Origin: Octopus vulgaris
Taxonomy: Eukaryota
Direction of reading: 5' to 3'
DNA: 64,000 bases
Assembly: GCA_951406725.2 (NCBI GenBank)
Contig: OX597817.1
Location: forward strand, 38,068,001 to 38,132,000
The notes under the pieces are model-generated. The model worked only from the letters and a program-made list of their open reading frames with translations. It searched no databases and had not been told where the DNA came from. Below, piece by piece: positions 1 to 11,948 of the stretch (its first letter is position 1; the number at the start of each line of letters is the position of its first letter). Made by a program: the position numbers and the translations under genes.

Positions 1-180
1 ATATTACTGAACACACTTACCACACCCATTGTGCTAAGAAACTCTCAAATACATCTAGGAAATATTTGAAAGGGTGGCCTTTTACAACACTAGGACCCTA
101 ACAGATAACAGCTTACACTCTCAGCTCCGGAATAGATCCAGAAAAATCATCTCAGATTATATTACAAGGCTAAATAAAGT
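1..180 (+). mobile_element. 3' remnant of an R4/Dong-like non-LTR retrotransposon
   Basis: Opening bases translate to a decayed version (LLNT..) of the C-terminal LLGTA.ILR.L motif seen in other copies in this window; heavily degraded. Confidence 0.3.
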
Positions 181-989
181 CTTACAAATGAATTCCCCTT
201 ACGGCTAGGGTGCTTTATAGGAAAATAAATCAAACCAATGCTTGACTCTAATTTCTCGACATCCAACGGGAGGAAAAGATGAAACGGTGACCATGTTAAG
301 ATTTGAATTGAAAGCGTAAAAGACCATAACTAAATACCACAATTCATTCTGTCCGATGTTATAACAACTTTGCTAATATTCTACTATATTAAATATGCAT
401 TTAAAATCAATAGACAAACTGACACCTTATAAGCAGATTGTTTAATAAGACCGTTATTATTTCATCGACTATTTTCTATAGTGAATTTCTTGTAGAAATT
501 TTCTTTCATTGTTGACAGGTTATTTTCAAGTAAATTAATAATTATGATGTATGTGTTGTCTTTACCTGTATTCATTATTTACAATATGCCTTTGATGAGA
601 TATTTACAGCGCCTTGTTATAAGAATTTGTCATGCGGTCATTCACCTTAATACGAATTAGTTTAACGTCAGTTACTTAACGAGTATTTCCACTTTTAATT
701 GACTCTTATCTGATGAAACTTTTGACTATAATCGCTCTTAAAGATGGCTGATTTGTCTGACAATTGCAAAGAGCGCCAGAATTCATACTTGTTAGTAAAT
801 TCTATTTAACAATCTTACCAATTTACATGTTTATTGTCAAACCGACGAGGAACTTCTAACTGATTGTTCAACGCGTCAGAAATAACAGCCAAATCCCCTT
901 CAAATCCCACTCTACCGTCATTACAAAAGGAGGATACATCAAATGTGCCTGAACAAGTAGCGGGATGGTCACGACTGAAATGGCTTCGG

Positions 990-1034
990 CTATATTGTAA
1001 TATACAATTTTGTTCGATTCGACTGTTTGCCTTT
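990..1034 (-). CDS. candidate last coding exon of a small spliced gene (KGKQSNRTKLYITI*)
   Basis: Minus-strand acceptor ttttcattacttcAG; phase-0 frame continues from the upstream exon to TAG. Confidence 0.3.
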   Translation of the reverse strand, partial: KGKQSNRTKLYITI

Positions 1035-1151
1035 CTGAAGTAATGAAAATAGAATAACAGTTTGTGCCGTAATGTTTCAGCAATTAAAAAGATATCGGAG
1101 TATAAAATTGTTACTGAGGTAACATAATATACTGAGGTATAAAATTCTTAC

Positions 1152-1301
1152 TGAGTATAAAATGTTACAGCGGTAACAATTTGGTGACCATTCCATTTGA
1201 CGCAGCTGCTTTACACAACAGTTTCCATGAAATCCTTCGTTCGCGGGTGAAATGTCACCTACATTCAATTCAACTTTGAAACCATTCACTTGACGAAGAC
1301 T
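1152..1301 (-). CDS. candidate 150-nt internal exon (SLRQVNGFKVELNVGDISPANEGFHGNCCVKQLRQMEWSPNCYRCNILYS)
   Basis: ttttAG acceptor, GTAAGA donor, length a multiple of 3, only frame 0 open, non-repetitive sequence. Confidence 0.45.
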
Positions 1302-1383
1302 CTAAAAATCTAAATTAAAAACGGATTCATATTCATGAATTTGTCAAATTAAAGAGTCATTATTTTTCTTGGCACATACATAC

Positions 1384-1422
1384 CTCAACAGATTCTGATG
1401 CATTTGTAATTCGCTTCCGGAA
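1384..1422 (-). CDS. candidate 39-nt internal exon (FRKRITNASESVE)
   Basis: cttttAG acceptor and GAG|GTATGT donor; phase 0/0; 82-nt intron to the next exon. Confidence 0.45.
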
Positions 1423-1977
1423 CTAAAAGTATTCTCCACCCTGGATTTAGACTATATTGGTCACAACCACGTTAGAAATAAGTTTTCGTCAACAAGACAT
1501 TTTCTTTAAAAATATCAAAGTTGATAAAATAAAACAACTACGGAACGATATTACAAGTCAACGAGTTAGACTTAACATGGTCGCACAATTTCTTTCAAAA
1601 ATCACGCCGTAAGATCTTCAAAAACAGAACGAAATGATCACATTTAATGTGATCCTAGAAGTAGCATGCCAGTAACAAGACAGGATTATCATAGTTGTGA
1701 TCATAAGTCTGCTCGACCAGTAGTTACCTTGGGTTAATCATCAATAATAATACGACATGAACTATTTTTTTTTTATTTAGTCATGGCCGTTTGGTTAAGA
1801 AGCCCGTTTGCATCACGGAATTCGGGTTTTGTCCTACTACACGGACCTTGGGCAAGTGTCTTCTGCTATAGCCACGGGATTACCAAATGCCTTGTGAGTG
1901 AATTTGGTAGACGGAAACTGTGTGGACGAATCGAATATACAGCATTCTATTTTAAAGAACTTTCTAACTTTACTCAC

Positions 1978-2026
1978 AGTTAAACATTCGTGTCCACATA
2001 AGCGGGACATTAAAGAAGGTAAACCC
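1978..2026 (-). CDS. candidate 49-nt exon with putative start ATG at 2010 (MSRLCGHECLT)
   Basis: ttttAG acceptor and GTGAGT donor; the ATG frame ends in phase 0, compatible with the 39-nt exon. Confidence 0.4.
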
Positions 2027-2107
2027 CTAAAACACTAAAGTACCTTATCGCTCCTAGAGACAGTCTGAAATGAGAAGACGAGCTTCAAGCTCTTCCTGGC
2101 TGCTGTG

Positions 2108-2284
2108 GTCTTCTTCTTCTTCTTCTTCTTCTTCTTCTTCTTCTTCTTCTTCTTCTTCTTCTTCTTCTTCTTCTTCTTCTTCTTCTTCTTCTTCTTCTTC
2201 TTCTTCTTCTTCTTCTTCTTCTTCTTCTTCTTCTTCTTCTTCTTCTTCTTCTTCTTCTTCTTCTTCTTCTTCTTCTTCTTCTTC
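2108..2284. repeat. perfect (TTC)n microsatellite, about 59 units
   Basis: Direct reading; source of the poly-K/E/S/F ORFs. Confidence 0.98.
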
Positions 2285-2361
2285 CAATCAGGACTCACGC
2301 CATTAGCCACAAAGAATAATCTCTAATTCGAGCCTACTCTACGCTACTAAGAATGCCTGTT

Positions 2362-2428
2362 GCAACCTGAAGATCCACCCACCACACGCGATAGACTGGC
2401 GGTTGCACGGGCGCGAAAGCTACGTTGT
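2362..2428 (+). ncRNA. degenerate type I hammerhead-like motif
   Basis: gcaac-CTGAAGA-t-ccaccc...gggcgc-GAAA-gc-TA-c-gttgt; stem II mismatched and one extra nt before stem I. Confidence 0.4.
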
Positions 2429-2564
2429 TATCCTCATGCCGTAAACGGTGGCTTTTAACGGGTGGAGAGCTGAACCCTCCTGGGGTACAGGGGATTCGCA
2501 ATCTAGACTAGGGTCTGAAAGTTTACTACACCATAGTGGATTACACCATGGTTCCTCTGCTTTG

Positions 2565-2763
2565 TGGAAGAAGTAGGAAGAAAGAGTGAGAGAAAGTTGT
2601 GGTGAAAGAGTACAGCGGGCTTCACATCCCCTCCGCCCCGGAGCCTCATGGAGCTTAGATGTTTTTGCTCAATAAACATTCACAATGGCCGGTCTGGGAA
2701 TCGTTACCGCGTTCTTACGACCGCGAGTCCGCTGCCCTAACCACTGGGCCATTGCACCTCCAC
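2565..2763 (-). mobile_element. tRNA-derived SINE, 5' half (same family as 54477-54869)
   Basis: Matches about 54675-54869; tRNA-like head gtggaggtgcaatggcccagtggttagggcagcgg on the minus strand. Confidence 0.85.
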
Positions 2764-2853
2764 GGCTGCTGTGGTTGGCCATACTCTTCCAGCCAAGTTC
2801 TTCCTCTGGCAGCGTTGTTGTTGTTGCTGTTGTTGATATTGATGATGATGATT

Positions 2854-3065
2854 AGGCGACGAGATGACAGAATCATTAGCACGCCGGGCAAAATGCTTAG
2901 TGGCATTTCGTCCGAATGCATGTTCTGACTCCAAATTCCGCTGAAGTCGACTTTGCATTTCATCCTTCGGAGTCGATAAAATAAGTGGCACTTGAGTACA
3001 GGGGTCGCTGTAGTCGACTTACCCCTCCCCCAAAGTTGCTGGTCTTATACCAAAATTCGAAACCG
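2854..3065 (+). mobile_element. SINE family A, diverged copy
   Basis: ggcgacgag...gtcgactttgcatttcatccttcggagtcgataaaataagt core shared with many copies in the window. Confidence 0.85.
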
Positions 3066-3579
3066 ACGACGGTGACAATGATGATGATGATATCTTGCAT
3101 TTGTAGCTTTTGTGGCTTTATAAACACACACGTACACACACAATACACGCATTTTCGCTTGTAATATTGTTGTGACGATGGTAGCTGTAAATATATTGAT
3201 ATTCAAACTCGCCCCCTCCTCCCAGGCCAGAATGATCAAGTGGATCTCTGATTAAAGTTGTTCTAGCTGTGTCCACCACATACAACATCCTTTTTGCATA
3301 TCAGGGTCTACTTTGACAAATCTGTTTTTTTTTTTATTTGAGATGATAGAATGTGAATTGGGGAGATTTGTTGCTATTTCTAGAGAGATTCGGGTGACCA
3401 TGAGGAGGCACCTGAGGGGTTTATTGTTGCTGTCTGGAAGGATGTTATTTCCAAAGAAAGAACATGGTCTCAATACTTGCCACAGAATGAACTCTGTTAA
3501 TAGTACCCAAGAAAAAGAATGTGTTACACGGCGTGATAGATTGATTTACCAAGCATCTGTGGCCCTAGGGGCAATAAAT

Positions 3580-3581
3580 TA

Positions 3582-3634
<53 letters not shown>

Positions 3635-4235
3635 CATTATTATTATTGTTGTTGTTATTATTATTATTTTCATATAAACACAACAGATTAGACTGTTGGA
3701 AAAGAAAAAATCCTAACATCGGGCTACAACAAGTAACCTTATATGCCAAGAACCCTCTCAAGTACCCTATCTGTCCCTAATAGTACTGTTTTCTGGACTG
3801 TACTAAACTGGGTTTTATGCCTATTTCCTCTATCCCTGTGTTCAGATCTTTAGGGACAGTTCCCAATGCAACTATAACTACTGGGGTACATTTTACCCGC
3901 ACTTGCCATAGTCTCTGTAATTCAATGGCTCGGTCCTGGTACTCGCTAGTACATGCTAATTTAGTTAGCAGTTATTTTATCTTGAGGTTTGATAACAATA
4001 AGTCTCCCCAAATCTCAAGAATCTTTCTTAAGGTTCTTGCAGAATATAGGATCGTACTTTTCTGCAGGTCGACAATGTGAGTTTAAATTTCAACACACTT
4101 CAGTCGTTTTGTTAGCATTTTGGGTGTTGTGCCAAGTGCACCAATAACCACTGGAATAATTGTTGACTTGGTCTTCTACAGTCTCTTCGGCTCTCTGGCT
4201 AGACCCTGATATTTCTCAAATTTCCCTCTCCACAA
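3580..4235 (-). mobile_element. two adjacent 3' ends of R4/Dong-like LINEs with a (TAA)n tail or target
   Basis: Minus translations PVVIVALGTVPKDL and IPVVIGALGTTPK..LQKSTILYSARTLRKILE, typical of the C-terminus of RLE-type elements; (TAA)n at 3580-3670. Confidence 0.75.
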
Positions 4236-4500
4236 AACTTCAGGCCTTGTGACTATAGTAGAAATGATTATTATTGAGGTGACTATTGGGGCTGGCAGAA
4301 TCGTTACTACGTTATATAAAATGCTAGCGGCATTTCTTAGGGATTTTTTCATTCTGAGTCAAAATGCTGCTACAGTCAACTTTGTCTTTCGTCATTTCGA
4401 GGTCAATAAATGAAGTACCAGTCAGGGCCTGGGGTCGATATAATCGACTTACTCCTTTGCTCGAAATCGCTGGCCTTGAACCAGAATTAAAAAAGGATTA

Positions 4501-4554
<54 letters not shown>

Positions 4555-4649
4555 GATTATTATTATCATCATCATTATTATGATTATCATTATCATCATC
4601 ATTATTATTATTATTATCACCATCATCATTATTATTATCACCATCATCA

Positions 4650-4690
<41 letters not shown>

Positions 4691-5137
4691 GAGTGAGAGA
4701 GCAGTGCATGCCATCAAAGTGACACTGGGGTAATATATACAAAGCCCAGTATAACCATCATGACTACCCATCTGATAAGGGTACACTAAGCACATGCATC
4801 ACAAACATGTGTGCGTGACATGGGGATCTAATATCAAGATAAACAGCGCATGACCTTGCAGGTGAGGCTCAGTTAGAATTTTCATCTGGTCGAGTAACCT
4901 ATCCCGCTCAAAAGGTCCCTGAATAAGGGTTGTTTAAGGATGTTAAACGAAACACCCATGTTTCCAGAGGTGAATTATTCAAACCCCAAAGAATCCCTCT
5001 CAACACATGGCTATGATGCTCCCCCACTACTTCTGCTCGTGATCAGAGATGCACATATCGTCAGCCACTAAGGGACGTGTTCAAATGGTTAAGGTCAATC
5101 AACTGACAAGCAAATCTGTGGTATTGAGCAGAATATT
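4691..5137 (-). mobile_element. (AAT)n-embedded non-coding interspersed element, truncated copy 1
   Basis: Highly similar to 5150-5596 and 41427-41972; flanked by (ATT)n; strand inferred from a putative (AAT)n tail. Confidence 0.8.
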
Positions 5138-5149
5138 ATTATTATTATT

Positions 5150-5592
5150 GAGTGAGAGAGCAGTTCATGCCATCAAAGTGACACTGGGGTAAAATATACG
5201 AAGCCCAATATACCCATCATGACTACCCGTCTGATAAGGGCACACCAGGCACATGCATCACAACCATATGTGCGCGACATGGTGATCTCATATCAAGATA
5301 AACAGCACATGACCTTGCAGGTGGGGCCCAGTTAGAATTTTCTTCAGGTTGAGTAGCCCATCCCGCTCAAGCGGTCCCTGAATAAGGGTTGTTTAAGGAT
5401 GTTGAAAGAACCACCCATGTTTCCAGAGGTGAATTATTCAAACCCCAAAGAATCCCTCTCAACACATGGCTATGATGCTCCCCCACTACTTCTGCTCGTG
5501 ATCAGAGATGCACATATCGTCAGCCACTAAGGGACGTGCTCAAATGGTTATGGTCAAACAAGTGACAAGCAAATCTGTGGTATTGAGCAGAA

Positions 5593-5596
<4 letters not shown>
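5150..5596 (-). mobile_element. (AAT)n-embedded non-coding interspersed element, truncated copy 2
   Basis: In tandem with copy 1; same truncation point (..gagcagaatatt). Confidence 0.8.
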
Positions 5597-5642
<46 letters not shown>

Positions 5643-6176
5643 TTTACTGTGCGCAAGATGTTGTAATGAAAGTGTAATAAAACAGGAAGTTATAAAGTTC
5701 AAACTTTTTAAAACACATTTGAAGTGTTTCAAATAAAAACTCTAAATATAGTTAGGAACAGTAACACCGACGATGACATCAACAATGGCAACAGCCTTAA
5801 ACTGCAACAACGTCAAGAACACCAGCAACAACAACAACAACTGCCACTAAGTAGCCAATGATTAATTGCAACTGGTAAATAAACAATGGGTGAAGTGTGA
5901 TTGCAGCTGCAATTAAATGCAATAATAAAAAATTATGCCATAAATAACAGAAAATAGAAGCAAAATAAAAGGCGGAAAAAAAACATGCAGTAAAACAAAA
6001 CGTGAAATCATTAATTGCTGAAAGTTAAACACCAACATCACAACAATAACAACAGCAACAATATTAACAATAACCAATATTAAGAACAATAAATAACAGC
6101 CACATCGAAAATAATCCAGCGATGACATGTAAGTTTTCAAGGAAATCTGCCACTCTACCAAAATATCTAGCATTAC

Positions 6177-6282
6177 CTGAATACGTCAATCGATTGCTTT
6201 GATCAGGTGTACTACAAAACCGGATATATGTGCTGATTGGTGGAGACTAAAGAGTATGGAACCGGATTTTCCAAATGATTGG
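6177..6282 (-). other. candidate non-coding (5'UTR) exon
   Basis: Strong acceptor tttttattccAG and donor CAG|GTAATG; stops in all three frames. Confidence 0.4.
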
Positions 6283-6363
6283 CTGGAATAAAAAATATAT
6301 ATATATAATCCAAATAGAAACTATAAATGGGAATTATTATCATTATTATTATTATTATTATTA

Positions 6364-6409
<46 letters not shown>

Positions 6410-6463
6410 CATTATTATAGAAGTTCGGTACGTCTGTAAATGAGAACTAGTTTCGAAATCAAA

Positions 6464-6478
6464 CACTTCCGCTTCCGG
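6464..6478 (-). promoter_or_regulatory. tandem ETS/GABP-type motif CCGGAAGCGGAAGTG, candidate promoter
   Basis: Double GGAA core typical of metazoan housekeeping promoters, about 180 nt upstream of the candidate exon. Confidence 0.45.
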
Positions 6479-6553
6479 TTTAACTAAAAGCCTCTACTAA
6501 CCTCCTTCCAGGAACTACGGAATGATTGATTGCTAATTTACTTTAAACCATGT

Positions 6554-6590
<37 letters not shown>

Positions 6591-6687
6591 TGAGAGTTTG
6601 TATATGTGTTTGTATGTGGGTACAAACACGCACACAAATTACACGTACAACATGAGTAAGTAGCATGTGTGAATGTATGTATGTATG

Positions 6688-6737
<50 letters not shown>

Positions 6738-7080
6738 TATGTACATATATATATATTGCCTCAGGAAGTGAATCAAACGAAGAAGTGGGAAAATTAACTT
6801 TACGAAAATAAGTTTAATTTATTCGAAATTCCAAACTCATATTTTGTTTTATATATATATATTTCATTGAAAACTTCATATTTTGTATCATATATATATA
6901 TTTCATTGAAAATTTTTATTGTGACATCAAAGTTTCGGCTTAGCAGCAATCACCGGATTAACTCGTGACGGTTGGTCATCTTCGAAGTTACTCTCAGTTT
7001 TTTCCGCGTAAGAATTTATAAACATGTACTCTACTAAAAGCTATTGAATGATCTTTTAATTTAATGCTTAACTATATATA

Positions 7081-7484
7081 CTCTTTACTCTCTCTTTTAC
7101 TTGTTTCAGTCTTTTGACTGCGGCCATGCTGGAGCACCGTCTTTAGTCGAGCAAATCGACCCCGGGACTTATTCTTTGTAAGCCCAGTACTTATTCTATC
7201 GGTCTCTTTTGCCGAACCGCTAAGTTACGGGGACATAAACACACCAGCATCGGTTGTCAAACAATGCTAGGGGGACAAACACAGACACACAAACACGTAC
7301 ACACACACATATATATATATATACATATATACGACAGGCTTCTTTCAGTTTCCGTCTACCAAATCCACTCACAAGGCTTTGGTCGGCCCGAGGCTATAGC
7401 AGAAGACACTTGCCCAAGATGCCACGCAGTGGGACTGAGCCCGGAACCATGTGGTTGGTTAGCAAGCTACTTACCACACAGCCA
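7081..7484 (-). mobile_element. SINE family B (tRNA head + CORE-like cttgggcaagtgtctt + internal microsatellite + (GAGTAAA)n tail)
   Basis: Near-identical to 11695-12120 and 50585-50981; A/B-box-like head on the minus strand. Confidence 0.92.
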
Positions 7485-7523
7485 ATAAAGTAATAAATAA
7501 AATAAAACATATGCATATATACG

Positions 7524-7555
<32 letters not shown>

Positions 7556-8399
7556 AAACCTTAAAACAAACATCAGTGTGTATCAAATTACATTGTTCGC
7601 GCGTGCGCGCACACACACACATTGTTAATTTTTTGTAGAGGATCTATATTCAATTCAACCAATCCTACTAAATACACGCGGACTGACTCAATTGAACATA
7701 ACATCTCACCCAGAATAATCATATAAAATAGGGGTGGTTATATATCGACCCAGAGGAGATGAAAAGGCAAATTCGATTCCAATAGGATAGGAATTTAATG
7801 TGAAGAGATGTGAAGCTTATACAATGTAAATTTCCTGCCAATGCGCCGTCATGAGAATGACAAAGCTATTGATTTCTTTAAGAGTGCAGAAGGCAAGGGG
7901 TAAATAGGTGGTTTGTTTTTAGGGTTCATGGTGACTTAACTGAAGGGGAATCGACGCATAATTAAAATTCGAAACTGGCGAGCAGACTCAGCATGCCTCG
8001 GATTCTGTCCACTCTATTGTTCTCCTACAATCTTCCTTTGTTTAGGAACAAAGCTCAACGCTTTTAAAAGTGAGGATATATGAAATTGTGCTTTTTATTC
8101 TCTTCTGCGTAAACATGACTGTCTGGTTAAAAACTTCAATTCGCAAATACCAAGTCAGCCCTTAGATTCGATCCCACTGTGCTTTATTTCCTCTTCTTCA
8201 GGTCATCATTTGTGAGTGAAATTTAGTAGATAGAAACTGCATGGAAATATGCCAAAGAGACTGTTCTTTGTCTCGAGTAATTGATATAATCCAGTACCCG
8301 ATTTAATACCATCACCTAGATTTTGGGTACCTTTAACAGAGGCCGTTATGTTGAAAGCATTGGAGTCAGGTCTACAGTTTAGAAGATAACCTCTTCGCA

Positions 8400-8730
8400 C
8401 TAGTCACGGACATCCTTAAAAGAATTTTATCAACTCAGATTCCTTCTGAATGAAGTACATTTGTTGAAAAATCGGCGCAGACGATCCCTGAATCAAATAT
8501 GGTGCGTGATCTAGGAATAGAAATGAACAACAATGCCTCATTTCACACACATATCAACAAAATGGTAACAATATCTAGAAGACGGGCCGCTTGAATTCTG
8601 AGAAACTTCCGGACAAGGGACCAAGAAACTATGATGACACTATGGAAGTCATTTATCCTCAGCCGACTGGACTACTGCTGTCGGCTATGGTCACCTTATA
8701 CTACAAGGACGATAGCAGAGCTTGAAGCCC
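8400..8730 (+). pseudogene. CR1/L2-group LINE reverse transcriptase C-terminal fragment
   Basis: VRDLGIEM..FHTHINKMV..ILRNFRTRDQETMMTLWKSFILSRLDYCCRLWSP with an in-frame stop. Confidence 0.8.
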
Positions 8731-8736
8731 GTCGTA

Positions 8737-8782
<46 letters not shown>

Positions 8783-8826
8783 TAAAACTTACTTGGAAAA
8801 GATGCGTGGCGTTCGATCATATAATA

Positions 8827-9185
8827 ATATAAATAATATATAAATATATGCATATTTACATACGTATATGTGCATACCTACATATATATGTATATATAAA
8901 TGCATATATGGATACAGGACATCAAAAAAAGGTGAAACGCGGAGTAGACGAAACAGGGACAACTGAAGAAGGGGAATATTCGTTGGGTTGTATGTTTTGT
9001 TTCTCTGTTTATTTCGTTGTTTGAAAAAAAGTTCGTTTCTATGTTTTTGTTTTTATGTTTTCGTTTCTCATTGTGTTCAACGTTTTTTTTTTTTTTTTGT
9101 GTCCTGTATCCATATATGCATTTATATATACATATAGATGTTAGGTATGTACATATATGTATGTTTATATGCATATATTTATATA

Positions 9186-9195
<10 letters not shown>
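8827..9195. mobile_element. fold-back element with about 95-bp inverted arms next to (TA)n; probable Penelope-like remnant
   Basis: ..atgcatatatggatacaggaca / tgtcctgtatccatatatgcat.. inverted arms around a core of about 180 bp. Confidence 0.6.
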
Positions 9196-9239
<44 letters not shown>

Positions 9240-9256
<17 letters not shown>

Positions 9257-9504
9257 TGCATATGTTTATGTGCCTGTGTTAGTCCTCCCAACATTGCTTG
9301 ACAATCAATGCTGGTGTGTTTACGTCCCCGTTACTTAGCGGTTCGGCAAAAGAGGCTGATAGAATAAGCACTAGGCTTCCAAAGAATAAGTCCTGGGGTC
9401 GATTTGCTCGACTAAAGGAAGTGCTCTAGCATGGCCGCAGTCAAATGACTGGAACAAGTAAAAGAGATAAAAGAGAGTATATATACACTGACAGGAGATA
9501 TGTG

Positions 9505-9547
<43 letters not shown>

Positions 9548-9785
9548 ATTTATGTGTGTTCATGTTTTTATGTCTGTGTTTGTCCCCCACTACCGCTTGA
9601 TAACCGGTGTTGGTGTTTTTACAGCCCCTGTAACTTAGCAGTTCGGCAAAAAGACATATAGAATAAGTACTAGGTTTAAAAAAAAATCCAGCCGTCCATT
9701 TGTTCGACTAAAACCCTTCAAGGCGGTGCCCCAGCTTTGCCGTAGTCAAATGACTGAAACAAGTAAAAGATAAAAAACGAAAGAT
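9240..9785 (+). mobile_element. two 5'-truncated SINE family B-related 3' halves
   Basis: gcggttcggcaaaagag..gaataagt..cagtcaaatgactg.aacaagtaaaaga occurs twice. Confidence 0.85.
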
Positions 9786-10293
9786 CCTAGAATATACTTT
9801 TGTTGAGTGAAATTTTATTTAAAGCCTATCATACCAAATATTTAGAGATTTTGAAAACACCTCTCTAAGTTACCTTATCTGCATTTTTGTAATTACTTGG
9901 TTACAGTAATTGTAAAATAACTTGTTTAAAGTAATTACAATTTTGTTAGGTGGACAGAATTCCGAAGTAAATTAAGTAACAAATTCTGAAATTCCACCTT
10001 TTTTGTTAACATTTCGTTGAAGTTTTATAAATTATCATATTTTATAAAGTAATAGGTATTAGATATTTGGGGTTGTGGTTTATTCAATGCAGCCTTCCAG
10101 GATTTAAAAAAAAAGAAGAGGTGATCACCACAGCTGATCTCTAAACCATACAAAAAAGAAATTTTTTGAAATATTAAAATAAGACTTCTTAGGTCGATTT
10201 ATTCGATTTAACCTCCTGAAAGCAGTGCCTAGCGTGGTCACAGTCCAATGACTGAAACATGTATAAGAAAAATGATATAAGTGAGTTGAAATA

Positions 10294-10525
10294 TGTTTCT
10301 TTATTATCCACAAGGGGCTAAACATAGAGGGGACAAACAAGGACAGACAAACGGATTAAGACGATTACATCGACCCCAGTGCTTAACTGGTACTTAATTT
10401 ATCGACCCTGAAAGGATGAAAGGCAAAGTCGACCTCGGCGGAATTTGAACTCAGAACGTAGCGGCAGACGAAATACGGCTACGCATTTCGCCCGGCGTGC
10501 TAACGGTTCTGCTAGCTCGCCGCCT
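10294..10525 (-). mobile_element. SINE family A, full-length
   Basis: Reverse complement of the 25279 and 53428 copies; tRNA-like head plus gtcgactttgcctttcatcctt central domain (resembles the Meta/MESC SINE domain, from memory). Confidence 0.92.
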
Positions 10526-10769
10526 AAGCTTTAACCGGAATTGAAACGGTACCGTTATCCTTACTTGTGGTGGAGCTTGCACGGTAATTTTTTCGTTTTT
10601 TTTTTTTTTAACCTTTTATCACACTCCTCCTTACTAAATGTTACCGATCTTTTTATTGTTCAGAGTAGATTCCAACCAGACAGTGAGACTGTTCCCAGTA
10701 GAACGATGCAAATGTTTGTTCACATCTTTTTTTTACAATAAAAGAGTTTTTCATACGTTTCAATAAAAT

Positions 10770-11100
10770 AATTTGACAACCGCCAGCCACCACGACTACG
10801 ACACGCTTCAACTGTCATGGTTGACTTCGGCTATTACGGTTGACTACACAGGACGTCTTCCGACAGCTATATAATACTGTCGCTTTCCTTCTTTTTATCT
10901 ATTTGTCTTTGCTCATTTTATTCCCCACTCTTCTTCCGTTTTTTTTTCTTTATAGTATCTGCCCCCCCTCCACACACACACACCCCACAACTACTTTTCA
11001 GTAATAAAGTCGCCGCTCACCAGTTGACAACTGACAAGCGACAAATGGCGGTTGTATGTATTAGAGGCGAGGCGCGGGAGTGGGGAGAGACGTCAAGTGT
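10770..11100. promoter_or_regulatory. CpG-richer non-repetitive island with YY1-like (AAATGGCGG) and CRE-like (GACGTCA) motifs
   Basis: Motifs at about 11044 and 11089; more CG dinucleotides than the flanks. Confidence 0.3.
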
Positions 11101-11694
11101 TGGGATATAAAATTATGTGGGATTGCCAAAAGTATGTGGGTCAATCGACACTATGGAATGTATCTTTTCTGCCGGACCCAATAAATGTCGTTGCGGTATT
11201 AAGTTCAAACTCTCAACGTTCTTAGTTCAAATCCTGCAGCGATTGAGCTTACTTTTCAGCGATTGAGCTTACTTTTCATTCTTTCGCATTCGGTACAATA
11301 AGTATCAACTGTTGTTATTGTTGTTGTTTAATACCAGGCCAGTCCTGTTCGAGCGCACCTACAATCAAAGGCATTCCAGCACTGATTATCCTGTCTTTTA
11401 GGAATGTCCAGATTACGTTTTCTGGCAGGTTCTTTCGCTTTTTACGGCAGCAAGGTGTGAGTTGAAGTAATTCTAGCAACTATTTCTAGCAGGTAAAGTT
11501 ACCACGCAAGAGCTACTTGATTGGCTCGGATAAGTACCGGTTACATACGGAGCAAATTCAATAGAATGTGCCTAACTAATAGCATCCCGACACTGCCTTG
11601 TTATATTTTGGACACGGCATGGCAATCAATGTTTTCTATTTGATAGTCTGAGAAGGGGGAGATGGGAGAGGGACCAGTGCTCATATATACCCTC

Positions 11695-11913
11695 TGTCTC
11701 TTTACTCCTTTACTCTTTTACTTGTTTCAGTCATTTGACTGCGGCCATGCTGGAGCACCGCCTTTAATAGAGTAACTCGACCCCGGGACTTATTCTTTTG
11801 TAAGCCCAGTACTTATTCTATCGGTCTCTTTTGCCGAACCGCTAAGTTACAGGGACATAACACACCAGCATCGGTTGTCAAGCAATGCTAGGGGGACAAA
11901 CACAGACACACAA

Positions 11914-11948
<35 letters not shown>

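Noticed and set aside
565-760. Further minus-strand AG..GT-bounded segments downstream of the candidate gene
   Set aside because: Stops in all frames and weak acceptors; cannot be supported as exons without RNA data
5050-5070. CTGACGA on the minus strand within the (AAT)n-embedded element
   Set aside because: No downstream stem II-GAAA-stem III arrangement
6920-7005. Possible minus-strand hammerhead remnant (..tcgaaga..gccgaaac..gtc)
   Set aside because: Core mutated and stem I not recoverable
8930-8985. GAAAC...CTGAAGA order suggesting a permuted hammerhead (similar at 49095-49145 minus)
   Set aside because: No UH cleavage triplet or consistent stems could be built
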